A stretch of 64,000 bases of DNA from an uncultured Rickettsiales bacterium (GCA_934747265.1 CAKVGI010000005.1:7921-71920); one strand, 5' to 3'. Counted from the first letter of the stretch, positions 9,384-19,566 are shown. Notes: generated by a model not told the origin, from the sequence alone. A program made the numbers and translations.

Positions 9384-10583
9384 TTAAGCGCTAGCACCGC
9401 ATTTTAACATTTTAAATGCTTCTTTTCTAATAACATCACCACCAACTCTTTTTGTTGTGTAGAATCTTACATATGGTTTTGACGTATAAGGATCTCTTAA
9501 TACTCTTATATCTGTTCTGTCTACTATTTGATAAAAGCTAAAATCACCAAATATAATAGATAAGCTACTTGCTGCCAAAGCTGGCATATTTGAACTTTGG
9601 TAAACTGGACAACCCATTAAAGTATCCTCTTTTCCACCCAATAATGCTGGTTGCCATAAATATGCGCCACTTGTTGAGTCTTTTAACATTCTAATTGCAG
9701 AAACGGCACTTCTTGGCATTACAAAACTAGCTCTACCAACATATTGTTCTTTTAAAGAGTAATATAAAGAAACGATATCTTTTGCGTCAATTCCACCGTT
9801 TGTTTTTGATGTTGACGTAGTGATATCAATTCCGCTTGTGTAATTTGTGATACCAGTTGGTTGATTGTTTGTATCACCAGTTCCTTTTAAAAATGCCTCT
9901 TCTTCTTTTTGAGCAAATTGTTCAGCTAATCTATAAGCTAACCATTCCTCTATATTTATGGAAGCATCATCAAGTAATTTTTGTGAAACTTTTGGTTGAG
10001 CTACCAATTCATGTGCTTTTATAGTTATTTTACTTAAAACACTTGAATTTGAATCGCTTACGGTACCAGTTTCACTAATCCAACTTGTTGCAAAACTTGT
10101 ATCATCAATAACTTCAAGTGCTGATGAAGAAATTGTTTGAACTGAGCATATTTTTCTCATAAAACAATTTTCATTTAATTCGCCGGTAATAATTCTTTGC
10201 ATATTTGAAGTTAATAAATAACCGCCGTATGCGGAACTACTATCAGTTGCAGTTGTTAAATCGGCTTTTGTTTCTAAATTTGCAAGCGGAGCATCAACCC
10301 CCTTTTTAAGATAATTATTTAAAGCTTTTTTGTGTTCCAAATTTTCTTGAAAATCAACTCCTTTATTCTCAAAAGTTGGTCTGGAATTACTAATTTGTAG
10401 TTGTTCCAATTTTTGTTTTTGTTCATCTAAAGAATTGTTGATTTTATTTAATTCTTCCATAACTAAACAATCAGCAACACCTTTTTTCTCTATTTGCTTT
10501 AATTTTTCATCATTAACGCTTTTAAAATGTTCCCAAGCATTACCTATTTCATCAATTCTATCACTTATTTCTGTTAAATTCAT
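9384..10583 (-). CDS. Phage major capsid protein, HK97 family, with N-terminal coiled-coil delta/scaffold domain
   Basis: The ~100-aa N-terminal coiled coil (DEKLKQIEKKG...EQKQKLEQLQ) is followed by an HK97-fold core of typical length (399 aa). The tail YTSKPYVRFYTTKRVGGDV is also typical. No other phage genes are adjacent. Confidence 0.8.
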   Translation of the reverse strand: MNLTEISDRIDEIGNAWEHFKSVNDEKLKQIEKKGVADCLVMEELNKINNSLDEQKQKLEQLQISNSRPTFENKGVDFQENLEHKKALNNYLKKGVDAPLANLETKADLTTATDSSSAYGGYLLTSNMQRIITGELNENCFMRKICSVQTISSSALEVIDDTSFATSWISETGTVSDSNSSVLSKITIKAHELVAQPKVSQKLLDDASINIEEWLAYRLAEQFAQKEEEAFLKGTGDTNNQPTGITNYTSGIDITTSTSKTNGGIDAKDIVSLYYSLKEQYVGRASFVMPRSAVSAIRMLKDSTSGAYLWQPALLGGKEDTLMGCPVYQSSNMPALAASSLSIIFGDFSFYQIVDRTDIRVLRDPYTSKPYVRFYTTKRVGGDVIRKEAFKMLKCGASA

Positions 10584-10776
10584 AAGATTTTTTAGTTGTT
10601 AATAAAATACCCTTCAAAGGATGTCTTATTTGTAAGATGTAAATTGCATTATGGAAGTATAAAGTTTTTATACTTTTAGTATTTTATTTAACAATTAAAA
10701 TAACATGAAATATCTTAATCTTGCCTCTTGAAAAATAAATATTTGTTATATATATTCTAATTATTAAGTTTAAAAT

Positions 10777-13700
10777 TTGGCTATGGTTAATCCAATTTTT
10801 GTTCATTTAAGAAATCATACCGAGTATTCTTTGTGTCTGGGTGCAATTAAATTGAAAAAAATGATTGCAAAGGCTAAGGAATACAATATGCCAGCGGTTG
10901 CTATTACTGATACTGGCAATATGTTTGGTGCGCTTGAATATTCTTTGGCTGCTTCTAAAGAAGGTATACAGCCTATTATAGGTTGTGAATTATTACTTGA
11001 AGCGGATGAATTTTTTGATGATTCAAAGTCTGAAAGGGAAAAAAATTTTTCTAAAATAGTTTTACTTGCCCAAACCGATGAAGGTTTTTATAATATTGTT
11101 GATCTGGATAGCGATATATTTTTAAAAAGGCAAAATGGAATTGCTCCACATATTAATTTTGAGTGGTTAAAAGATAGAAGTAATGGTATAATTTGCTTAA
11201 CTGGTGGTTGTGAGGGGCTTATTGGCAAGTTGCTTTTAAAGGGCAAAAAGAATGAAGCTGAAAAAGCCTTATTAGAGTTAAAAGAAATATTTGGAGATAG
11301 ACTTTATATTGAATTGTTGCGACATGGCTTGAAAGATGAAGTTGATACAGAAAAGGATTTTATTGATTTGGCTTATAAACATAATATTCCGCTTGTTGCA
11401 ACTAATGATTGTCATTTTTTAACAAAAGATATGTTTAAAGCACAAGATGTTTTATCTTGTATTTCTGAAGGCAGGTATATAACAGAAACAAATAGAAAAA
11501 GACAAACGCCAGAGCATTACTTTAAAAGCCCAGAAGAAATGGTGACACTTTTTGCAGATATACCAGAAGCTATTGAAAACACTATAAATATTGCAAAAAG
11601 AATACATACTATGGCATATAAAAGAAAGCCAACGTTGCCACATTTTCAATTGCCAGAAGGTATGACCGAGGCTGATTATATGAGAAAGTTGAGTGTTGAA
11701 GGACTTGAAAGAAGATTGGAGCAAAAATATAAAAATGAAGGGATAACTGATGAAGAGCAGAAAAAGAAAATCCATGAAGAGTATTTTAAACAACTTGAAT
11801 ATGAAATTGGCGTTATCACAAAAATGGATTTCCCTGGATATTTCCTTATAGTTGCTGATTTTATTAATTGGAGTAAAACACATGATGTGCCAATAGGTCC
11901 AGGTAGGGGTTCTGGTGCCGGTTCTGTTGTTGCATGGTCTATGAAAATTACGGATTTGGATCCGATAAGATTTAAACTTTTCTTTGAAAGATTTTTGAAC
12001 CCAGAAAGGGTTTCTATGCCTGATTTTGATGTGGATTTCTGTCAGAGAGGAAGGGAAAGATCTATACACTATGTTCAAGAGAAGTATGGTTATGATATGG
12101 TGGCGCAAATTGTGACATTTGGAAAGTTGCAATCTAGAGCTGTTATAAAAGATGTTGGAAGAGTTTTGCAGATGAGTTATAGTGAAGTTGATAAAATCAG
12201 TAAAATGATTCCACAAAATTTAAGTTTGGAAGAAGCACTTGAACAAGATCCAGATCTTAGAAAACAACAACAAGCAGATCCACAAATTGGTGAGCTTGTA
12301 TCTATTGCGTTAGATCTCGAAGGATTAAATAGACATTCGTCAATGCATGCAGCAGGTGTGGTAATTGGAGATAAACCTTTGAAGAAAATATGCGCCTTAT
12401 ATTTTGATGGTGGAGAAGGCTCAATGCCAATAGTTCAATATGATAAACACTATTGTGAAGAAGTTGGGCTTGTAAAGTTTGACTTTTTGGGATTGAAAAC
12501 CTTGACCATTATCAAGGACGCATTGGATTTTATAAAAAGAAGAGGTATTGATATAGATATTAATAACATACCGCTTGATGATAAAGGCGTTTATGATATG
12601 CTTGTTGAAGGTGATTCTGTTGCGGTGTTCCAAGTTGAATCTAGTGGTATGAAGTCAATTCTAAAACAAATGAAACCGGATAATATTGAAGATATTATAG
12701 CTTTGGTGTCTTTGTATAGACCTGGTCCTATGGCTAGTATTCCAACATATATTGCTAGAAAACATGGTTTAGAAAAGGTTGAGTATTTACATCCAAAGAT
12801 GGAATCAATTTTAAAAGATACGTACGGAATCATAATTTATCAAGAGCAGGTTATGAATATTGCAAAAGCTCTTGCTGGTTATACTCTTGGTGGTGCTGAT
12901 CTTTTAAGAAGGGCGATGGGTAAGAAGATTAAAGAAGAAATGGACAGACAAAGGAGTGTGTTTGTTGAAGGTGCTAAAAAATTTAGTAATATAGATGAAG
13001 AATTATCTAACAAAATATTTGACTTACTGGCTAAATTTGCTGAATATGGTTTTAATAAAGCCCATGCTGCCGCATATTCTGTTATAAGTTATCAAACTGC
13101 CTATTTAAAGCATTATTTTCCAGTTGAGTTTTTGATTTCTTCAATGAATATGGATATTGCGGATAGCGATAAAACAAACTTTTATTTGCAAGATTTGAAA
13201 GCGCATAACATTAAAGTTTTGCCACCTGATATTAATAAATCCGATGTTTATTTCAATGTTGAAAGAATACCTTTAATTGGTGAAAAAGATAAAAAGGTTA
13301 ATAGGTATCATGAAAATGAAGAATTGGCCGTTAGGTATGGTTTTTGTGGTATAAAAGGGGTTGGTGCAAACGTTGCAGAAGAAATCGTAAATGAAAGAAA
13401 ACAGAATGGTGATTATAAAAATATCTTTGATTTTGTTGAAAGAGTTAGCAGTAAGGTTGTAAATAAAAAAACCATTGAAGCTTTGGCAAAATCTGGTGCT
13501 TTTGATAATATTCATAGTAATAGAAAACAAATCCATGATTCTTGTGAAGTTTTGAGCAAGTATTGTATGTCTTTTCAAGAAGAAAAAAATAGTACTCAAA
13601 TGAGCTTATTCGGCGATTTAACAAGTAGTAGCAATACAAAACCGATTTTAGCAAAAACTGATGATTGGGTTAAAATGGAAAAATATCAAAAAGAATTTGA

Positions 13701-14499
13701 AGCTTTTGGCTTTTATTTAGATGGGCATCCATTATCAGCTTTACAAAAAGAATTAGAGGATAGAGCTATAACTTATTCGAGCGAATTAGATACTCCGGCA
13801 ATCATAGATGGAGATAAGGTTCATTTAGCTGGTGTAGTTGTTTCTACTAGTATTAAATCAAGCGCAAAGGGTAGATATGCCTTCATTAGTTTATCTGATG
13901 CAAAGGGTATGGTTGAGGTGGCTCTATTCAATAATGATCTAATCACAGAACATAAGGATTGGCTTGATGATAAAGAACACTATCAGTTAGCTTTTGATTG
14001 CATGATTAAAAAAGATGATGGTGGTTTTAGAGCTATTGCTAATAATTTTTGCTTACTTCAAGATTTTATCAAAAATAATTCCGCTGGTACATTACAAAAA
14101 ATAACGCACAGGCCACCAAAAAAAGAATGGAGTGGAGATAAAAAAAATTGGGCAAAGAAAAATGAGGACGGTACATATAAGAAAAAGGAGAATGTCTCTT
14201 CTTATAAAGAAGATCCAATATTGTTGCAAAAACTCAATGAACCACCAAAAATGATAAAAGAAATGCACATATATATAAAAAATCAAATGCCAATTAAAGA
14301 TTTAGCTGTTATTTTGAATAATAGTAAAAATGAAAAAGGTAAAGAATTTACGAAAGTTTTTTTACATATAATTAACAAAAACCAAGAAGCAAAAGAAAAA
14401 GAAATGATAATGGATTTAGGTGGCAATTTTCAAGTTTTTGAATTAGAAAAAAAGAGAATAATTGAAACGCACGGAGTTATTAAGGTTGAATGTCAATAG
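10777..14499 (+). CDS. dnaE: DNA polymerase III alpha subunit
   Basis: It has a PHP domain (FVHLRNHTEYSL), the polymerase core (GPGRGSGAGSVVAW, PDFDVDFC), HhH and OB regions. The start is either TTG 10777 or ATG 10783. Confidence 0.96.
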   Translation: MAMVNPIFVHLRNHTEYSLCLGAIKLKKMIAKAKEYNMPAVAITDTGNMFGALEYSLAASKEGIQPIIGCELLLEADEFFDDSKSEREKNFSKIVLLAQTDEGFYNIVDLDSDIFLKRQNGIAPHINFEWLKDRSNGIICLTGGCEGLIGKLLLKGKKNEAEKALLELKEIFGDRLYIELLRHGLKDEVDTEKDFIDLAYKHNIPLVATNDCHFLTKDMFKAQDVLSCISEGRYITETNRKRQTPEHYFKSPEEMVTLFADIPEAIENTINIAKRIHTMAYKRKPTLPHFQLPEGMTEADYMRKLSVEGLERRLEQKYKNEGITDEEQKKKIHEEYFKQLEYEIGVITKMDFPGYFLIVADFINWSKTHDVPIGPGRGSGAGSVVAWSMKITDLDPIRFKLFFERFLNPERVSMPDFDVDFCQRGRERSIHYVQEKYGYDMVAQIVTFGKLQSRAVIKDVGRVLQMSYSEVDKISKMIPQNLSLEEALEQDPDLRKQQQADPQIGELVSIALDLEGLNRHSSMHAAGVVIGDKPLKKICALYFDGGEGSMPIVQYDKHYCEEVGLVKFDFLGLKTLTIIKDALDFIKRRGIDIDINNIPLDDKGVYDMLVEGDSVAVFQVESSGMKSILKQMKPDNIEDIIALVSLYRPGPMASIPTYIARKHGLEKVEYLHPKMESILKDTYGIIIYQEQVMNIAKALAGYTLGGADLLRRAMGKKIKEEMDRQRSVFVEGAKKFSNIDEELSNKIFDLLAKFAEYGFNKAHAAAYSVISYQTAYLKHYFPVEFLISSMNMDIADSDKTNFYLQDLKAHNIKVLPPDINKSDVYFNVERIPLIGEKDKKVNRYHENEELAVRYGFCGIKGVGANVAEEIVNERKQNGDYKNIFDFVERVSSKVVNKKTIEALAKSGAFDNIHSNRKQIHDSCEVLSKYCMSFQEEKNSTQMSLFGDLTSSSNTKPILAKTDDWVKMEKYQKEFEAFGFYLDGHPLSALQKELEDRAITYSSELDTPAIIDGDKVHLAGVVVSTSIKSSAKGRYAFISLSDAKGMVEVALFNNDLITEHKDWLDDKEHYQLAFDCMIKKDDGGFRAIANNFCLLQDFIKNNSAGTLQKITHRPPKKEWSGDKKNWAKKNEDGTYKKKENVSSYKEDPILLQKLNEPPKMIKEMHIYIKNQMPIKDLAVILNNSKNEKGKEFTKVFLHIINKNQEAKEKEMIMDLGGNFQVFELEKKRIIETHGVIKVECQ

Positions 14500-14581
14500 T
14501 TGCTTATTTGAATGATATTTTTTTTATTGACATATTATAAAAAATGTTTAAATATATTGTCTAGTTATAAATGATGTTAGT

Positions 14582-14974
14582 ATGTTTAATTTATTAGATT
14601 TAAAAATATATTTGCCAACTGAGATTTTTTTGGATAAAAGCATTAAGAAGTTGACTTTTAAAGGAAAAGAGGGATACATAACTATTTTACCAAATCATGT
14701 TGATTATGTGTCATCTTTTAATACAAATATTATGACTTTTGTTGATACTGATGGTAAAGAGGGATTTTTGGCTTTAAATGATGGAATTTTCGTTAAATAT
14801 TCAAATAGATTAAGAATTACGGCTTATAAAGCTATTTTTGGTGATAGTTTGGAAGATTTAAAAAATAAAATATATAAAAATGCAGAGCTTGAAGATGATG
14901 TTGAAAAAGAAATTAACAAAAATTTAAAGCAGTTGGAATACTATATATATAATGAAATAATTGGTACAAAATGA
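14582..14974 (+). CDS. atpC: F-type ATPase epsilon-subunit family protein (no atpD upstream)
   Basis: LKIYLPTEIFLDKSIKKLTFKGKEGYITILPNHVDYVSSF...LALNDGIFVKYSN matches the epsilon beta-sandwich pattern. The stop overlaps the next start (ATGA). Confidence 0.7.
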   Translation: MFNLLDLKIYLPTEIFLDKSIKKLTFKGKEGYITILPNHVDYVSSFNTNIMTFVDTDGKEGFLALNDGIFVKYSNRLRITAYKAIFGDSLEDLKNKIYKNAELEDDVEKEINKNLKQLEYYIYNEIIGTK

Positions 14975-15243
14975 TATTAGATGATCTTTTAAAAGAGGCG
15001 GTAAACGAGAAAGAAAAGAAAAATAATAATGATAACAATAGAGAAATAGATATTAGAACAAATTATTTGTTTGTTTCTTTTGGAACGAGAATGGTTCTTG
15101 TATATTTATTTTTTATAATCGTAATTGGGCAAAAGTTTGCTCATTTTTTAAACTTAAAAGATTTATATCTTGTTTCAATAGTCTTAGCTACAATAGTTAA
15201 TGTTTATATGATTATTGATTTAATAAAAAAGAACGGTAAATGA
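14971..15243 (+). CDS. Small two-TM membrane protein, possibly AtpI/AtpQ-like
   Basis: It is 90 aa, with a charged N-terminus and two hydrophobic helices. It is translationally coupled to the epsilon-like gene. I recognise no diagnostic motif. Confidence 0.4.
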   Translation: MILDDLLKEAVNEKEKKNNNDNNREIDIRTNYLFVSFGTRMVLVYLFFIIVIGQKFAHFLNLKDLYLVSIVLATIVNVYMIIDLIKKNGK

Positions 15244-15852
15244 TTATTTACCGCTTTTTTCTTTTTTAAATTTTAGCTCTTCTCCATTTAATATTCTTTG
15301 GATATTTCCTTTGTGTTTATAAAATGTTAAAAGAGAGAGTAATATCATTAAAATAAAATATGTTATTGAAATAAATAATGAAAATATTGTTGATATAACC
15401 ATTGCTGTTAGCGCTGAGAGTGCGGATATTTTAAAAATTAAAAACATAACAATCCAAGTAGCTAAAAATAATAAACCAAGTCTATAATCAATAACAAATA
15501 ATGAAAATAAAATACAAGCTATACCTTTACCACCTTTAAACTTTAACCATACTGGAAAAATATGTCCAATCACAACACTAAAAGTTGTTATAGCTAAAAT
15601 AAAATCTGAACTATTAAATAGATAACTTGCTAAAAGCAACGCAAATAATGCTTTACTTCCATCCAATAAAAGCACCAATGCCCCCCATTTTTTACCAAGT
15701 GTTCTGGCAACATTGGTTGAACCTATGTTATGAGAGCCATAATTTCTAATATCAATATTTTTTACCAATTTTGAAATTATTAATCCAAATGGAATTGAAC
15801 CGCATAGATAGGCGAATATTTCAAATATTATTAATTTTAATTCGTAGCACAT
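15244..15852 (-). CDS. plsY: Glycerol-3-phosphate acyltransferase PlsY
   Basis: GSIPFGLIISK...YGSHNIGSTNVARTLGKKWG...LLDGSKA and FKGGKG are PlsY motifs. Confidence 0.93.
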   Translation of the reverse strand: MCYELKLIIFEIFAYLCGSIPFGLIISKLVKNIDIRNYGSHNIGSTNVARTLGKKWGALVLLLDGSKALFALLLASYLFNSSDFILAITTFSVVIGHIFPVWLKFKGGKGIACILFSLFVIDYRLGLLFLATWIVMFLIFKISALSALTAMVISTIFSLFISITYFILMILLSLLTFYKHKGNIQRILNGEELKFKKEKSGK

Positions 15853-15968
15853 TATAAATATAAATTATTTTTTATAAGGGTAAAACAAATAAATAAAAAT
15901 GCAAATAAAAAACTTGCAATTATTTTCAATTTATATATTTTTTATCTAAATAAATAATTATTTGTTTA

Positions 15969-17252
15969 ATGTTTAAAAAATTTTTTGGTTTATTTTTATT
16001 ATTATTGGTAGTAGCTTGTGAAACTGTAAAAATTCCTCAAATAGGTACTGGTAATTCTACTCAAAATCAACCATATGACAATATAGATACTATTAGCGTT
16101 AATATAAGTCAAAAAAATAAACTAAAAGTTGGTATTTTATTACCTTTAACTGGTACGGCTGCAAAAGTTGGAAATTCAATGCTTCAATCTGCTGAATTAT
16201 CTTTATTTAATAGCAAAAGTAATAATATAGTATTAATGCCTTATGATACAAAAGGTACATCTTTTGGTGCAGTTGATGCAATAAATGCGGCGGTTAGAGA
16301 TGAAATTGATATAATTATAGGCCCATTATTTACTCAATCAACAAAAGCAATTTTAGATATAGCTGAGACCAATGATTTGTTAGTTTTATCATTTTCTGAT
16401 AATCAATCATTGCTGGAAAAAAATAATCCAAATTTATATTTAATGGGATTAACACCACAACAGGAAATATATAGAATAATAAGCTATTTAATTGATTATA
16501 AAGGTGCTTATGGATTTTCTGCTATGTTTCCTACCGATGCATATGGAAATATGGTTTCAAAAGACTTTAAAAATACAATTTTTAGAAAAGATGCTAAGAT
16601 TGTAAAAACAGAATTTTATTCAAAAAAAGATCCAAATTTGCAAAAAAAAGTTAATAATTTATTAAATACAAATTCTTTTAGAGAAGAAGTTTATACAAAA
16701 TATGAAGAAGAGTTGCAAATAGCAAAAACAGAAGGATTAACATCTGAGGTTGAATTTACATATACTGATGAGGATAAGATTTTTGCTGATGCACTTTTGG
16801 TTCCAGATAGTGGTGAGGAGCTTTTAAAAATTGGACAATATGTTTTTGATTATACTGGACAACACAAACCTTTACTTGTTGGTACAAGTAAATGGTTAAA
16901 TAATTCATTATATAATAATCCAAATTTTAACAATACACTATTTGTTGCTCCAAATTTGGATAGTTATACGGATTTTGAAAATCTATATTTATCAACATAC
17001 GGTTCTTATCCAATAAGAGTTTCTGCTTTGGCTTATGATGCTGTAAAAGTGGTTATTGAATCTTATGCAAAAACGAAAAATAAAGAAGATTTAAGATATG
17101 CTATTGAAAATTATCAAGGATTCAATGGAGCTAACGGAAAATTTAGATTTTTATCAACTGGTTTATTGGAAAGAAGACTTGCGATTATAAGAATCAGTAA
17201 TGGAACGTATGAAATTATTGATTATGATAATGAGCCATTTTTAAAATACTAA
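15969..17252 (+). CDS. Lipoprotein with type-1 periplasmic binding fold (LivK/LpoA-like)
   Basis: It has a signal peptide with a lipobox (LLLLVVAC). The stretch KVGILLPLTGTAAKVGNSMLQSAELSL is typical of Leu/Ile/Val-binding-like or PBP-activator lipoproteins. Confidence 0.65.
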   Translation: MFKKFFGLFLLLLVVACETVKIPQIGTGNSTQNQPYDNIDTISVNISQKNKLKVGILLPLTGTAAKVGNSMLQSAELSLFNSKSNNIVLMPYDTKGTSFGAVDAINAAVRDEIDIIIGPLFTQSTKAILDIAETNDLLVLSFSDNQSLLEKNNPNLYLMGLTPQQEIYRIISYLIDYKGAYGFSAMFPTDAYGNMVSKDFKNTIFRKDAKIVKTEFYSKKDPNLQKKVNNLLNTNSFREEVYTKYEEELQIAKTEGLTSEVEFTYTDEDKIFADALLVPDSGEELLKIGQYVFDYTGQHKPLLVGTSKWLNNSLYNNPNFNNTLFVAPNLDSYTDFENLYLSTYGSYPIRVSALAYDAVKVVIESYAKTKNKEDLRYAIENYQGFNGANGKFRFLSTGLLERRLAIIRISNGTYEIIDYDNEPFLKY

Positions 17253-17291
17253 TATAAATTTTTACTTTTTATTATTGGAGTTCAAACGAAG

Positions 17292-17444
17292 TTTGGCTGT
17301 CAGACTAGGATTCGAACCTAGATAAACAGAATCAGAATCTGTTGTCCTACCATTAGACGATCTGACAATATATTTTGGTAAAATATGCTATATATATGAT
17401 AAGAATATAAAAATAAATTTTAAGAGGGAAAATAAAAATATTTG
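17292..17444. repeat. Copy 2 of the duplicated tRNA-Gln cassette
   Basis: It is near-identical to 4345-4497. Visible differences are tttcaag/ttttaag and the last ~10 nt. Confidence 0.9.
17294..17367 (-). tRNA. tRNA-Gln (anticodon CUG), second identical copy
   Basis: It is the same 74-nt sequence as 4347-4420. Confidence 0.9.
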
Positions 17445-17589
17445 TTGGATAGTTAATAATAACTTAGTGTTATATTTATAAACAAATATTTTTATAAACA
17501 TATAAACATTTAAATAAATTTAAAAATGTTTCTTGATTTTAATTTATTGTGATTATATTTTTTAATTAAGTTAAATTAGAAAATATGTT

Positions 17590-18792
17590 ATGAAAAGAAT
17601 TACAACAAAGTTAAAATTACCAATTTACTTGGATTTTCAAGCAACTACACCGATGGATAAGCGTGTGTTTGATGCTATGTATCCATATTTTATGCAAGAT
17701 TTTGGAAATGCACATTCAAATAGTCATTGTTTTGGATGGAAAGCTCATGATGCTGTTGAAAAAGCTAGACAACAAATAGCGGACGTTATTAATGCGAAAC
17801 CAGATAATATTATTTTTACATCTGGCGCTACTGAATCAAATAATTTAGCAATAAAAGGTGTGGCTAGGGCTAATAGGACTGCGGAAAAAAATCATGTTAT
17901 CTCGGTTTGTACGGAACATAAATGTGTATTAGAGAGCGTAAAAAGTCTCAAAAAAGAAGGATTTGATATTACTTTATTGCCAGTTCAACATGATGGCTTA
18001 ATTTCATTAGACGATTTAAAAAATGCAATTACAGATAAAACAATATTAGTTTCTGTTATGGGCGTAAATAATGAAATTGGTGTAATCCAACCATTGGAGG
18101 AAATTGGAAAAATTTGCAGAGAAAAGGGTATTATTTTTCATACTGACTGCGCGCAAGCTTTTGGAAAAATACCTTTGGATGTTGAAAAAATGAATATAGA
18201 CTTAATGAGTATTTCTGGACATAAAATATATGGTCCAAAAGGTATTGGCGCTTTATATATCAGAGATAAGATTAAAGTTCAACCTTTGTTTAGTGGTGGT
18301 GGTCAAGAAAAGAAATTAAGATCTGGTACATTGGCAGTACCATTAATCGTTGGAATGGGTACAGCTGCAAAACTAGCAAAGAAGGAAATGCAAAAAGATG
18401 CGGAACGCATAAAAGAATTATTTGATTTATTTTATAAAGAAATGAAAAAGATTGATAAATGCTATTTAAATGGAAGTAAAGAACATAGATGGTATGGTTG
18501 CGCAAATTATAGCTTTGCTGGTATTGAAGGTGAATCAATGATGATTAGAGTAAAAGAAGTTGGCGTTTCGTCTGGATCTGCTTGTACGTCTGATGATTTG
18601 AGACCATCTTATGTGATAGAGGCTCTTGGTGGCGATCCGGAGTTAGCACATTCATCTTTAAGAATTGGTTTTGGTAGATTTACTAAAAAAGACGAAGTGT
18701 TATATTATGCAAGAAGATTAAGAGATGAAGTAAAATATTTAAGAAAAATGAGTCCTTTATGGGATCAAATGCAAGCAAGAGATAAAAAATAA
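17590..18792 (+). CDS. iscS: Cysteine desulfurase, group I (IscS/NifS type)
   Basis: It has the PLP-lysine motif SGHKIYGPKGIGALY and the active-site loop SSGSACTS. Confidence 0.9.
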   Translation: MKRITTKLKLPIYLDFQATTPMDKRVFDAMYPYFMQDFGNAHSNSHCFGWKAHDAVEKARQQIADVINAKPDNIIFTSGATESNNLAIKGVARANRTAEKNHVISVCTEHKCVLESVKSLKKEGFDITLLPVQHDGLISLDDLKNAITDKTILVSVMGVNNEIGVIQPLEEIGKICREKGIIFHTDCAQAFGKIPLDVEKMNIDLMSISGHKIYGPKGIGALYIRDKIKVQPLFSGGGQEKKLRSGTLAVPLIVGMGTAAKLAKKEMQKDAERIKELFDLFYKEMKKIDKCYLNGSKEHRWYGCANYSFAGIEGESMMIRVKEVGVSSGSACTSDDLRPSYVIEALGGDPELAHSSLRIGFGRFTKKDEVLYYARRLRDEVKYLRKMSPLWDQMQARDKK

Positions 18793-18846
18793 ACTTTCAT
18801 CATATTATAATAATAAATATCGGAGGCAATTATAATTTGATTATGT

Positions 18847-19566
18847 TTATGGTTCTAATGATATAAAGCTAAATTCACATTTATATTTAGAGTCTGACAT
18901 AGCCTCTTCATAACTACTATTATACCAGCCGTTTTTACCATTGCAAGCGCTTCTGATACGACCTTCATTATATTTTCCATCATCAATTTTTGTATCAAAG
19001 TTTTTTAAAAATTTCGCATTACTTATGAATGATTTACCACCTCTGCTATAAGTTGGAGAAGATGGAGAAAAAATTGTAATGTAATTATCTTGTTTTAGTC
19101 CACTTGCAAAATATGTTAGGCTTTTATTATTATAATCATTACCTCTATATTCAAAATACATACTATCTTTATTATCTAAAAAGTGTGGAGTGGCTACACC
19201 ATAATCTACTACGCTTACATTTTTTGGTTCAAAATCTATTATTTTTTCAAGATATAAATCAACAAATGAACCAGAAAATTTATGAACTTTTATATTGGAG
19301 TATTTTCCGCCAAAATCGCCAATATTATATTCTTGACCATTAAACCCAATCATACCACTTCCATTAATATCTCCCGGTAGTCTGTTTTTTATGTTTTTAA
19401 ATAATAATACGGCTTGTCTCCAATTTTTAACTTCTGTTATTGCTCTTTGTGTTTTTGCTGAAAAAATTAGGCTTTGTCCACCAACAATTCCAGAAATTAA
19501 CAATCCAATTATAATTAATACGATTGATAATTCTATAAGAGAAAAACCTAAACTATTACTTTTCAT
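18847..19566 (-). CDS. Prepilin-type N-terminal cleavage/methylation domain protein (type IV pilin/pseudopilin-like)
   Basis: MKSNSLG/FSLIELSIVLIIIGLL is a class III signal peptide. The C-terminal motif KIDDGKYNEGRIRSAC is shared with the paralog at 37334-38035. The start is taken at the internal ATG 19566. Confidence 0.8.
   Translation of the reverse strand: MKSNSLGFSLIELSIVLIIIGLLISGIVGGQSLIFSAKTQRAITEVKNWRQAVLLFKNIKNRLPGDINGSGMIGFNGQEYNIGDFGGKYSNIKVHKFSGSFVDLYLEKIIDFEPKNVSVVDYGVATPHFLDNKDSMYFEYRGNDYNNKSLTYFASGLKQDNYITIFSPSSPTYSRGGKSFISNAKFLKNFDTKIDDGKYNEGRIRSACNGKNGWYNSSYEEAMSDSKYKCEFSFISLEP

Noticed and set aside
9384-10583. Calling a prophage or complete gene transfer agent cluster
   Set aside because: Only the capsid gene is present. 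The immediate neighbours are yebC and dnaE, with no portal, protease, terminase, tail or lysis genes. Only a solitary capsid gene is reported.
11452-12216. Long antisense ORFs inside conserved genes: 11452-12216, 12591-12833 and 13273-13599 in dnaE; 7957-8280 in pflA; 19915-20247 in pfk; 20655-21104 opposite recR; 55846-56166 in typA; 59039-59533 in the channel gene; 60887-61237 in the ileS fragment; 62481-62813 and 63339-63785 in gyrB
   Set aside because: Each lies entirely within, and opposite to, a gene with strong motif support. Their translations are low-complexity (Phe/Ile/Ser/Leu-rich) with no recognisable domains. This is typical of shadow ORFs opposite purine-rich coding strands.
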